Source: an uncultured Chloroflexia bacterium
GTDB taxonomy: Bacteria; Chloroflexota; Limnocylindria; Limnocylindrales; CSP1-4
DNA length: 64,000 nt
Direction of reading: 5' to 3'
Assembly (NCBI GenBank): GCA_963842755.1
Contig: CAWJIC010000022.1
Location: 8,984 to 72,983 of the forward strand
Shown piece after piece: positions 22,739 to 31,753 of this stretch; positions within the stretch are counted from its first letter, which is position 1; each line of letters begins with the position of its first letter. Below the pieces are notes generated by a model. That model was not told the DNA's origin, did not search any database, and was given only the letters and a program-made list of their open reading frames with translations. A program made the position numbers and the translations under genes.

Positions 22739-23327
22739 GGGCCGCCGGCGAACCCAGCCCGGGCCGGAGCGCGAGGAGGATGAGCAGCAGGATCGCGACG
22801 GTGATCGCCGCGTCGCCGACGTTGTACGTCCAGAACCGCAGGCCGCCGATCCCCATGTCCACCCAGTCGATGACGAAGCCGAACCGGATCCGGTCGACCA
22901 GGTTGCCGACCGCGCCGCCGAGGAGGAGCCCGAGCGCCGTCGACAGGATGAGGTTCCGGCTCGAGCGCGCGTGGTAGCTGACGATGAGCCCGATGACCGC
23001 GAGGCTGACGACCGCCATGACCGGCGCGGCGCTGCCGAACAGCCCGAACAGCGCGCCATCGTTCTCCGAGTTGATGAGCCGGAGGTAGTCGCCCGCCAGC
23101 CGGATCGCCGTTCCGGGCTCGATCGCCGCGACGACCCATGCCTTCGTCAGCTGGTCGATGACGAGGATCGACGCCGCGAGGCCGACGAAGATGCCCCATG
23201 CCGGGCGGCGGACCGGGGCGTCCGCGGGCGACTCCGCCATCGGTCGGGCGTCGGGGATCGCCGGCGCGGCGGGCGGGTTGGCCTGGTCCAGCTCGGTGCC
23301 TCCGTCGTCGCGCTGCGGGTCGGTCAC
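22731..23327 (-). CDS. lspA: Lipoprotein signal peptidase II
   Basis: DQLTK, NDGALFG, GGAVGNLVDR..GFVIDW, YNVGD. Confidence 0.94.
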   Translation of the reverse strand: MTDPQRDDGGTELDQANPPAAPAIPDARPMAESPADAPVRRPAWGIFVGLAASILVIDQLTKAWVVAAIEPGTAIRLAGDYLRLINSENDGALFGLFGSAAPVMAVVSLAVIGLIVSYHARSSRNLILSTALGLLLGGAVGNLVDRIRFGFVIDWVDMGIGGLRFWTYNVGDAAITVAILLLILLALRPGLGSPAAHD

Positions 23328-26300
23328 AGCCTAGGGTCGCCGGCGCTCCGGCGCAAGGCGACGCGGACGGTCGCGGAGTCGAGCTCGACCGAAGCGGTCG
23401 AGACTCCGCTCGGTGGCGTGCCCGCCGAGATGACGTCAGCGAGCGTCTCCGTGGCGACCGCGCCGAGGAACGGCCGGACGGCCTCCGGGAGCGGCTCGAC
23501 CCACGCCTCGATGCGGTCGTCGAGCTCGAGCTCGGCCTCGCGCCGGAGATCCTGGATCGCACGCTGGAGCTCACGGGCGTCGCCCTCGGCCCGCAGGTCC
23601 GGCGTCAGCTCCGTGTCGATCACCACCACGAGCCCGTCGTCGTGGGCGACGGCCGTTCCCGGTCGCGGCGTGGCCAGGATCTCGACCTCGTCCGCCGCGA
23701 GGGTCACGCCCCCGAGCGTGACGCTGCCATCCGGACCGATTGCGAACGCGCCCTCGCGCGCGGCGGCCATCACCGCCGGGATCGCCGGTCCGAGCCGCTT
23801 GCCGATCTTCGGCAGGAGCGGCTTCACCCGCCGCTCGACGAGCGCGGACTCGTCACCGATCAGCTCGATCGCCTTGACGTTCACCTCGTCGGCGATGAGC
23901 GCGAGGAGGGCGTCACGCTCGGCCAGGGCGCCGCCCGGGAGGGCGAGCCACAGCCGAGCCAGTGGCTGGCGGGTCTTCAACCCGGCCTGGCCTCGGAGGG
24001 TGCGGACGAGCTCCACGGCGCGTCGCGCGGTGTCCATCGCCGCCTCGAGCGGCTCGTCGCGGTTCGGCGCAAGCTCGCCAGTCGGCCAGGCCGTGAGGTG
24101 GACGCTGTCCGGTGCGGTCGGGTCCTCGGCGGCGACGAGATTGTCGTAGATCGCCTCGGTCAGGAACGGCAGGATCGGGGCCATGACCCGGGCGAGGACC
24201 ACCAGCGCCGCGTGGAGCGTGGCGAACGCGGCATCCCGGTCCGCCGGGTCATCCGAGCGCGAGAAGCGCTTCCGCGACCGGCGCAGGTACCACGTCGAGA
24301 GATCCTCGATCGCCTCGCCGATCGACCTGCTGGCGGCTTCGGCGTCGTAGTCCCGCAGCCGCTCCTCGACGCGGAGGGCCAGGCCGGCCATCCGCGACAG
24401 GATCCAGCGGTCGAGCGGCGCTCGGTCCGCCGGAGCGGGTGCGGACGAGCCGGCGGAGGTCCAGCCGGCGAGCCGAGCGTAGGTCACGAAGAACGCATAC
24501 ACGTTCCACAGGATGAGCAGGCCGCGGCGGGCCTCGTCCGCGGCGTGCCAGCCGAACAGGATGTTGTCGTCCGGCCGGGCGCTCGCGTACATCCAGCGCA
24601 TCACGTCGACGCCCATCCGCTCGGCGGCCTCGTCGAACTCGATGGCGTTGCCCGAGCTCTTGTGCATCGGCCGGCCGTCTTCGGCGAACAGCGTGGCATA
24701 GCCGAAGATCGTCTTGAACGGAGCCTCGCCGCGCAGGACGGTGCTCATCGCCAGCATGGCGTAGAACCAGTTGCGGAACTGGCCCGGGAAGCTCTCCGTG
24801 ATGAAGTCGGCGGGGAACCAGTGCGCCCAGTACTCGGGCGCCTCGCGGTAGTGGATCGTCGAGAACGGCACGATCCCGGCGTCGAGCCACGGGTTGCCCA
24901 CGTCCCTGATCCGCTCGACCGGGGCCCCGCAGCCGCGACAGGCGATCTTGACCGCGTCGACGAACGGCCGGTGCGGGCTGTGGCCGTCGAACGCCTGCCA
25001 GCCCTCCACCGCCCGTTCGCGCAGCTCTGCGCGCCCGCCCACGACGTCGAAGGTGCCACACGCCGCGCAGTCGTAGATCGGCAGCGCCAGCCCGTAGTAG
25101 CGCTTCTTGCTGATCATCCAGTCGTGCATGTTGGTGAGCCAGTCGAGCTCGCGCCCGTAGCCGAACCCGGGGATCCAGCGGATGTCGTCGACGACATCCA
25201 TGATCTGGTAGCGCAGGCTCCGCTCGACCTCGTCCCGGGTGAGCTGCTCACGCGGCCGGTCGTAGACCTCGCCCATGCTGATGAACCACTCGTCCACGAG
25301 CCGGAAGACGAGCGGCGTGCCACAGCGCCAGCAGTGCGGGTAGCGGTGGGTGATCGTCTCGAGCCGGTAGAACCGGTCGTGATGTTTCAGCCGCTCGACG
25401 ATCGGCTCGGCGACATCCCGGACGTCCCGCCCGGAGTACGGTCCGAAGCCTTCGACGAAGATGCCCGACTCGTCGAGCGGGGCGACCACCGGCAACCCGA
25501 GGGCCCTGCCCAGCGCGAAGTCCTCCGCACCGCATCCCGGCGCGATGTGGACGATCCCGGTCCCCTCCACGTCCCCGACCTCGCTCCAGGCCACGACCCG
25601 GTGCCGGTAGGGCGTCCCCGGCTCGTCTCGGGTCCCGGCCGCGAACGCCTCGCGGACCGCGGGCAGGTCGTCGAACGGGCCCTCGTAGGTCCACCCGGCG
25701 AGCTCGCTCCCAGCCCGCTCCTCGACCACCTGGAAGGGACCCCGGAGCGCGTGCTTCAGCGTTCCCTTGCCGAGCCACAGCAGGTCCTCGCCCTGGCGGA
25801 CCAGCACGTAGCGCAGGTTCGGCCCGACCGCGGCGGCGACGTTGGACGTGAGCGTCCAGGGAGTGGTTGTCCAGACGAGCAGCGCTTCACCCGGCCGGTC
25901 GACGAGCGGCAGGCGGACGGTCAACCCGGGATCCTCGCGGTCGCGGTAGCCCTCGGTCATCTCGTGCTGGCTCATCCCCGTCCCGCACCGGGCGCACCAC
26001 GGCATCGTGTCGTGGCCCTTGTACAGCCAGCCGCGCCGATGACACTCGGCCAGGAACCCCCAGATGAGGTCGTTGTTCTCGTCGCTGAACGTGAAGTAGC
26101 TGCCCCCCAGCTCGGGCGATCCGAGACGGCCGACGAGCATCTCGACGCTGTCGGTCACCGGACCGTCCGGACCGGGGCTCGTGGTGACCATCGCCGGATC
26201 GGCCGCGAGCAGGTCGCGCAGCCGGCGGAGCTCGTCGGGCTCGTTCCAGTCCATCCACATCCCGAGCCGGATCGACTGCTCGCTCTGGCGGGCGGCGAAG

Positions 26301-26677
26301 GTCAGGACCCGCTGCTTGCACAGGCTGACGAACTCGGCGATCCCGAACGCCTCGATGTCGCGCTTGCTAGTGAACCCGAGGTCCTTCTCGACGTTGACCT
26401 CGACCCACAGGCCCTGGCAGTCGAACCCGTTCTGGAAGCGCTGGTCGTAGCCGAGCATCGCCCGGAAGCGCTGGAAGAGGTCCTTGTACGTCCGCCCCCA
26501 GGCGTGATGGACGCCCATCGGGTTGTTCGCGGTGATCGGGCCGTCGAGGAAGCTCCAGCGCTCCCGCCCCGCGTTCTGCGCGCGCAGGCGAGCGAACGTC
26601 CGGCGCTCCGCCCAGCGAGCGAGGATCTCGTGCTCCTGGGCGACGAGATCGGGCTTGGGGCTGACGGGGCGGAACAT
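23324..26677 (-). CDS. ileS: Isoleucine--tRNA ligase, type 2 (IleRS2)
   Basis: FLDGPITANNPMGVHH, GFDCQGL, WTTTPWTL, GTGIVHIAP, DWMISKKRYYG, PMHKSSGN; IleRS2-type C-terminus (LRAEGDARELQRAIQDLRR) without a Zn finger. Confidence 0.95.
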   Translation of the reverse strand: MFRPVSPKPDLVAQEHEILARWAERRTFARLRAQNAGRERWSFLDGPITANNPMGVHHAWGRTYKDLFQRFRAMLGYDQRFQNGFDCQGLWVEVNVEKDLGFTSKRDIEAFGIAEFVSLCKQRVLTFAARQSEQSIRLGMWMDWNEPDELRRLRDLLAADPAMVTTSPGPDGPVTDSVEMLVGRLGSPELGGSYFTFSDENNDLIWGFLAECHRRGWLYKGHDTMPWCARCGTGMSQHEMTEGYRDREDPGLTVRLPLVDRPGEALLVWTTTPWTLTSNVAAAVGPNLRYVLVRQGEDLLWLGKGTLKHALRGPFQVVEERAGSELAGWTYEGPFDDLPAVREAFAAGTRDEPGTPYRHRVVAWSEVGDVEGTGIVHIAPGCGAEDFALGRALGLPVVAPLDESGIFVEGFGPYSGRDVRDVAEPIVERLKHHDRFYRLETITHRYPHCWRCGTPLVFRLVDEWFISMGEVYDRPREQLTRDEVERSLRYQIMDVVDDIRWIPGFGYGRELDWLTNMHDWMISKKRYYGLALPIYDCAACGTFDVVGGRAELRERAVEGWQAFDGHSPHRPFVDAVKIACRGCGAPVERIRDVGNPWLDAGIVPFSTIHYREAPEYWAHWFPADFITESFPGQFRNWFYAMLAMSTVLRGEAPFKTIFGYATLFAEDGRPMHKSSGNAIEFDEAAERMGVDVMRWMYASARPDDNILFGWHAADEARRGLLILWNVYAFFVTYARLAGWTSAGSSAPAPADRAPLDRWILSRMAGLALRVEERLRDYDAEAASRSIGEAIEDLSTWYLRRSRKRFSRSDDPADRDAAFATLHAALVVLARVMAPILPFLTEAIYDNLVAAEDPTAPDSVHLTAWPTGELAPNRDEPLEAAMDTARRAVELVRTLRGQAGLKTRQPLARLWLALPGGALAERDALLALIADEVNVKAIELIGDESALVERRVKPLLPKIGKRLGPAIPAVMAAAREGAFAIGPDGSVTLGGVTLAADEVEILATPRPGTAVAHDDGLVVVIDTELTPDLRAEGDARELQRAIQDLRREAELELDDRIEAWVEPLPEAVRPFLGAVATETLADVISAGTPPSGVSTASVELDSATVRVALRRSAGDPRL

Positions 26678-26777
26678 CGGACCTCGGCTGGGGATGGACC
26701 TGGCGCGACGGCCGGCGTCATTTCCTGGCGCCGGTTGCCGTCGGAGCCCCACGGGCGCGCCGCACCGGGGTTCCAAG

Positions 26778-26784
26778 TATCCTA
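26778..26784. promoter_or_regulatory. Overlapping divergent -10 elements for the LCP gene (+, leaderless) and ileS (-)
   Basis: TATCCT on + lies 7 nt before ATG 26791; TAGGAT on -; shared core TATCCTA. Confidence 0.6.
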
Positions 26785-26790
26785 CCCGCG

Positions 26791-28608
26791 ATGCAGCAGC
26801 CGCCGCAGGAAGCGCGACCCCGACACCGTTCCGCCTTCGCGGCGGCCTTCCTGTCCCTGGTCTTCCCGGGCCTCGGCCACGCCTATTCGGGCGCCCCGGG
26901 TCGGGCGCTCGGCTTCGCGGCCGTCCCCGTGCTCGGCGCGGCCCTCGTCACGGGGCTCGCCCTGAGCATGGGCATCCAGGTCTTCGGGGCGGAGCTGATC
27001 GCCAACCTGCCGCTCATCCTCGTGGCCAACCTCCTGCTCCTGGCCTACCGGGTCGTCGCCGCGGTCGACGCCTATCGGGTGGCTGCCTACCTGAACGCCG
27101 TGGAGGCGTCCGGGGGCGGGCGGTTCGGCCCACCGAGCCTCAGGCTCAGCCCGGTCTCGCTGGCCGGGCTCCTGTCCGTCTGCCTGGTGATGGCCGGCGG
27201 TCACGGGGTCGTGGCCTACTACGGCGGCCAGGCCCAGGACACGCTCAGCTGCGTCTTCGACCCGACCGGGACGGCCGCCTGCGACGACGGCGGGGGCGGC
27301 GCTGCCGACGCGACCGACGCGGCTGGCGGGAGCGATGCCCCAAGCCCCGACTCGACGCCCACCGCCACGGCCCCCACCTCCACGGGCCCGGTCGGCACGC
27401 CGATCCCGGCGTCGACGATCCCGGCCTGGAACGGCACGGACCGCCTGAACATCCTGCTCATCGGCTCCGACCAGCGACCGACGGAGGGGACGTTCAACAC
27501 GGACACGCTCATCGTCGTGTCGATCGATCCGGTCTCGAAGCAGGTGGCCATGTTCAGCCTGCCGCGCGACACCGTCGACGTGCCGATCCCGCCCGGCCCC
27601 GCCCGGTCCGTCTTCGGGACCGCCTACCGGGGCAAGATCAACAGCCTCTGGACGAACGCCCGCAACCGCGCCGACGCCTTCCCCGGCAACGACCGGACCC
27701 GCGGGTTCAACGCCCTGAAATCCGTGCTCGGCGAACTCTACGGCCTCGACATCCAGTACTACATCGAAGTCAACTTCGATGGCTTCCGCGACATCGTGGA
27801 CACGCTCGGCGGCGTGGCCGTCAACGTCCAGAACCCGGTCCTCGACGACCGCTACCCCGGTGATCGGGGCACGATCCGCGTGTACATCCCTGCCGGGGTC
27901 CAGCACATGGACGGCTCTCGGGCGCTCATCTATGCCCGCTCCAGGCACACCTCGAGCGACTTCGACCGCGCCCAGCGCCAGCAGCGGATCATCCTGTCGA
28001 TCCGCGACCAGGCGGACCCGGCGGCCATCCTGGCCCATCTCCAGGAGCTCCTCACGGACCTCAAGAAGTCGTTCAAGACGGACATCCCGCAGGGGAAGCT
28101 CCCCCAGCTCATCGGGTTGTCGAGCCAGATCGACTCGACGAAGATCCGGTCGTTCGTGTTCACCCCGCCGCGCTACGCGACCGAGGGCTCGGACGGACGC
28201 GGCTACATCATCCAGCCCAACGTCGCCCAGATCCGCCGGGCGGTCGCGACCGCCTTCAAGGTCGACGCGAAGCTCGAGGCGCAGCGCGAGAAGGTCGCCG
28301 GCGAGGACGGCGTCGTGTGGGTCGTCAACGGCTCCGGCCAGGTCGGCCAGGCGAGCCAGATCGCGAGCTACCTCGAGTACCTCGGCCTGACCGCGAGCGC
28401 CCAGACCCAGCGCCCGGACAAGACCGTCACCACGACCCGGATCCGGGTCTACAACGGCCGCGAGTCGGTGCTGCCCGCGACGATCGCGCTGCTCGAGAAC
28501 GTCTTCGACGTGAAGGCCCAATTCAGCGCCGACCCGTCGGTCCGGGTCGACATCATCGTCACGACCGGGAGCCGCACGCCGAACCTCACCCCACCGCCGG
28601 GACCCTGA
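26791..28608 (+). CDS. LCP (LytR-CpsA-Psr) family protein with N-terminal TMs and LytR_C domain
   Basis: LNILLIGSD, NTDTLIV, SLPRD, KINS, ALIYARSRH..SDFDRAQRQQ; C-terminal VWVVNGSGQVGQA...DIIVTTG. Confidence 0.93.
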   Translation: MQQPPQEARPRHRSAFAAAFLSLVFPGLGHAYSGAPGRALGFAAVPVLGAALVTGLALSMGIQVFGAELIANLPLILVANLLLLAYRVVAAVDAYRVAAYLNAVEASGGGRFGPPSLRLSPVSLAGLLSVCLVMAGGHGVVAYYGGQAQDTLSCVFDPTGTAACDDGGGGAADATDAAGGSDAPSPDSTPTATAPTSTGPVGTPIPASTIPAWNGTDRLNILLIGSDQRPTEGTFNTDTLIVVSIDPVSKQVAMFSLPRDTVDVPIPPGPARSVFGTAYRGKINSLWTNARNRADAFPGNDRTRGFNALKSVLGELYGLDIQYYIEVNFDGFRDIVDTLGGVAVNVQNPVLDDRYPGDRGTIRVYIPAGVQHMDGSRALIYARSRHTSSDFDRAQRQQRIILSIRDQADPAAILAHLQELLTDLKKSFKTDIPQGKLPQLIGLSSQIDSTKIRSFVFTPPRYATEGSDGRGYIIQPNVAQIRRAVATAFKVDAKLEAQREKVAGEDGVVWVVNGSGQVGQASQIASYLEYLGLTASAQTQRPDKTVTTTRIRVYNGRESVLPATIALLENVFDVKAQFSADPSVRVDIIVTTGSRTPNLTPPPGP

Positions 28609-28614
28609 CCGCGG

Positions 28615-30360
28615 CTACGCCTTCTCCGTGACGCGGTACTCGAGATACCGGCCGGCCATCAGCCGGGTCTGGGCATCGAGCGCCGGCAGGTTGCTGAAGA
28701 CGAGCCCCACGATCGGCAGGGCGAGCCACTGCAGGTACGACCCCAGGCGCCGCGCTGCGCCCCACCCGGCTGGTCTCCGCGGCGCGATCCGCTCCTCGAC
28801 GAAGATCAGGATGAGCAGGCAGCAGAGCGCGCCGGTCAGGAGCCAGGCGGCGTACAGGGGCAGGTTCTGGCCGAGCGTCGTCTCGGCGAAGCGCGGGTTG
28901 AGCAGGAGCGGTACGTTCGATCCGAAGATGATCACGAACGGCGCGATCGCCCAGTTGATGTGGTCGAGCCAGAGGTCCATGAGCCGCCGGATCCGGAGGC
29001 CACGCGGAATCTCGCTGTGGGCGAACGCGTTCCGGATGTAGTACGGGATGTCCGTGATGCCCCATGCCCAGCGCCGCATCTGGGTGTACTGCTCGACGAG
29101 CGTCCTGGGGTAGGACCGGGCGCGGACCGCATCCCCGTACATCGGGATGAACAGCGGCACGGCGCGGAATTCGCCCGAGTAGCGAAAGAAGCTCTTCCAG
29201 TAGAACCGGCTGTCCTCCGGGATCGCGTCCGTCGCCCAGTAGTCCACCTCGTGGACGGTCTGCAGGCTGATCGCGTACGAGCTGAAGCTGACGAGCTTCT
29301 CGGGCGTGAGCGACCGCCACATCTGGACGTGAGTCGCCCCGACCGCGACGAGCCGGACCGGAAGGGGCGCCTCCCACAGGTTGTTGTGGAACATCGGGAC
29401 CGGCTGGTAGAGCCGCCGATAACGGTCCGGGTCCGTCAGGAACGTGTAGGTCAGGTAGCCGAAGTACTGGGGATGCACGCGGTAGTCCGAGTCGAGGTCG
29501 GTGACGACGACGTTCCTCGGGTCGAACCCGAGCCGGACGAGCTCCCGGTAGAGCCAGCGTCCGCCGTAGGCCATCGCCGAACTCTTCCCGACGACGATCC
29601 CCGGCTCGAGCGGATCCAGGATGTGGAAGAAGTGGAGGAACCGGTCTTCAAACAGCTCGCGGAGGCGAGCGACGTTCTCGCGGCCGCCGAGGTCCGTCTC
29701 ACGGGTGATGATCGCGACCATGCGCAACTCGCGCGGGTAATCCGCCTCGGCCAGGGCGCGAACCGTCTCGTAGAGCTTCTCGAACGGCTCCGTGTAGGTC
29801 GGGATGAGCGCGACGTGGAACAGGCTGCCCGGATCCGGGATCGGCTGACCGCGCCGGGCAAGGAGGCGGGCGAGGTCGCGCCGCTCCCCATCGAGCCGGT
29901 CGAGCTGGCGCCGGCCGCCAGCGGCCGCAAGGCGCTCGCCGGCGCGGCCCAGCTCCACGATCCGCGCCTGCACGAGAGAGGCGAGCCCGTCGATCTCGAC
30001 CAACCGGGCGGCCGGATCGGCCAGGGCGAACGCGCGCGTCCGCCAGTCGGCGGCCATCGTCCGCCGGATCCGCACAAAGGTGATGCAGACGCTGGTCGTG
30101 AGCACGACCGCCTTGTACAGCCAGTAGAAGTCGAAGCTCAGGACGAACCAGGCGACGACCTCCGGCCAGCGCAGCGACAGCAGGAACGGGCTGAGGATGA
30201 GCGTCCAGCTGACGAGGCCGGGAACGACCTCCAGGAGGCGCTGGGCGTGGTGGGCGCGGGCCGGGTCGCCCGCGTCGGTCGCCGGGCCGGTCGGTCGCGA
30301 CGCCGACGAATCGGGCGGGACCGACGAGTCCGGGTGGATCGCCGTCAGGACTTCAGCCAC
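28615..30360 (-). CDS. Processive membrane GT2 glycosyltransferase
   Basis: IPTYTE, DLDSD (DxD), PED, QMRRW (QxxRW), flanked by TM helices. Confidence 0.88.
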   Translation of the reverse strand: MAEVLTAIHPDSSVPPDSSASRPTGPATDAGDPARAHHAQRLLEVVPGLVSWTLILSPFLLSLRWPEVVAWFVLSFDFYWLYKAVVLTTSVCITFVRIRRTMAADWRTRAFALADPAARLVEIDGLASLVQARIVELGRAGERLAAAGGRRQLDRLDGERRDLARLLARRGQPIPDPGSLFHVALIPTYTEPFEKLYETVRALAEADYPRELRMVAIITRETDLGGRENVARLRELFEDRFLHFFHILDPLEPGIVVGKSSAMAYGGRWLYRELVRLGFDPRNVVVTDLDSDYRVHPQYFGYLTYTFLTDPDRYRRLYQPVPMFHNNLWEAPLPVRLVAVGATHVQMWRSLTPEKLVSFSSYAISLQTVHEVDYWATDAIPEDSRFYWKSFFRYSGEFRAVPLFIPMYGDAVRARSYPRTLVEQYTQMRRWAWGITDIPYYIRNAFAHSEIPRGLRIRRLMDLWLDHINWAIAPFVIIFGSNVPLLLNPRFAETTLGQNLPLYAAWLLTGALCCLLILIFVEERIAPRRPAGWGAARRLGSYLQWLALPIVGLVFSNLPALDAQTRLMAGRYLEYRVTEKA

Positions 30361-31342
30361 CCTCGTGGATCGGCGTCAGCCAGTGGCGGTACTCCGGCAG
30401 GCGGCCGCGGACCGCGTCGAAGTAGCGCCCCCGGATGATCGTGGTCAGCGGGCCGACCTCGCCCGAGCCAACCTTTCGGTGGTCGACCTCGATGACCGGC
30501 GAGACCTGCACGCCGGTCCCGCACAGGAACATCTCGTCGGCGACATACAGCTCCGAACGGTCGATCGAGCGGACCTCGGCCGCCATCCCTTCGTTCCGGG
30601 CGATCTCGAGGATCGCCTTGCGGGTGACGCCCTCGAGGATGTCGTCCGTGACCGGCGGGGTGATCATGACCCCGTCGCGCACGATGAAGAGGTTCGCGGC
30701 CGAGCCCTCCGAGGCGTGGCCATCGGGGGTCATCACGATCGCCTCATCGAAGCCGTTCAACTCGGCCTCCGACTTCTGGAAGGCCATGTTCACGTAGCCG
30801 CCGACGATCTTGCCCCGGGCCGGGATCGCCTCGTCCGCGTTCCGCCGCCAGGAGGACGACATCACCCGCACGCCGACGTTGGTGTCGATGTAGTCGCCGA
30901 ACGGCAGGGCGAAGATGTACAGCTCGTGCTCGAGGTGGTGGAGGCGCACGCCGATGAGCCGCGACGACTTGTAGAACGACGGCCGGATGTAGGCGTCCTC
31001 GCGGAAATCGTTCCTGCGGATCGTCTCCACGATCAGCCGGGTCAGCTCGTCGACCGACGGGACCGGCTCCATCAGGAGCATCCGGGCGTTCAGCCGGATC
31101 CGCACGGCGTGCTCCCGCACCTTGAGTCCGTAGAGCTGGCCCTGCTCCGCGTTCCAGTACGCCCGGATCCCTTCGAAGACGGCCGTCCCGTACATGAACG
31201 CATGGGTCATGATCCCGACCCGTGCCTCGCGCATCGGCACGAACGCGCCCTCGAAGTAGCAGATGAGGCTGTCGAGGTCCACGGGGCCCCTGGCGTCAGT
31301 CGTGGCGGGGGCGGCCTGGTCGGACGGGTTCTCGGTCAGCAT
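30353..31342 (-). CDS. ilvE: Branched-chain amino acid aminotransferase (class IV PLP)
   Basis: YGTAVFEGIRAY, YIRP, K in GKIVGGY, SEGSAANLF, ILEGVTR, EMFLCGTG; TGcTATACT promoter at ~31410. Confidence 0.93.
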   Translation of the reverse strand: MLTENPSDQAAPATTDARGPVDLDSLICYFEGAFVPMREARVGIMTHAFMYGTAVFEGIRAYWNAEQGQLYGLKVREHAVRIRLNARMLLMEPVPSVDELTRLIVETIRRNDFREDAYIRPSFYKSSRLIGVRLHHLEHELYIFALPFGDYIDTNVGVRVMSSSWRRNADEAIPARGKIVGGYVNMAFQKSEAELNGFDEAIVMTPDGHASEGSAANLFIVRDGVMITPPVTDDILEGVTRKAILEIARNEGMAAEVRSIDRSELYVADEMFLCGTGVQVSPVIEVDHRKVGSGEVGPLTTIIRGRYFDAVRGRLPEYRHWLTPIHEGG

Positions 31343-31545
31343 GGCGTCGTCGGCTCCGGTTCGGATGACGCCGGGACGGGCACGCGCGGCCCGCGTCGGG
31401 CGTCGAGCGAGTATAGCAGCGAGCCATCGCCCGACCGGTTCGCGTCTCTGCCCGACGGCGCGGCGGCGGCCCGGCGGCGCGGCGGCCCGGCGACCCGGCG
31501 GCGGCGCGGCGGCGGCCCGACCGCGACTCGGTGGCGCTGCACACG

Positions 31546-31704
31546 CGGCGTTGCACCCAGGACAACCGATCCGGGGTGCAGCTCATCGATCCTGCCGGTC
31601 TCGACCGTCTTGTTGCCCACCCGGCAACGAACCAGGGTCGAGGAGCCCGCCGGCGACGTCCCTGACGGTCGCCACCGCGATCTGTTGCCGACAGCGCAAC
31701 GGCG
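31546..31704 (-). repeat. Structured ~155-nt intergenic element, copy A (candidate ncRNA or MITE)
   Basis: Closely similar to 56063-56213; ends CGTTGC..GCAACG are complementary; nested internal stems. Confidence 0.7.
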
Positions 31705-31753
31705 GCTCGTGGGTGGCTCGGGCGAATGGCGGCGCCGCGCCGTGCCCTGGCGC

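Noticed and set aside
26678-26777. T-box riboswitch upstream of ileS
   Set aside because: The leader is only ~95 nt and lacks the T-box GGTGGnACCGCG motif.
31455-31521. CGG-rich tandem-like tract upstream of ilvE
   Set aside because: Low complexity is expected at this GC content, and there is no defined unit or evidence of function.
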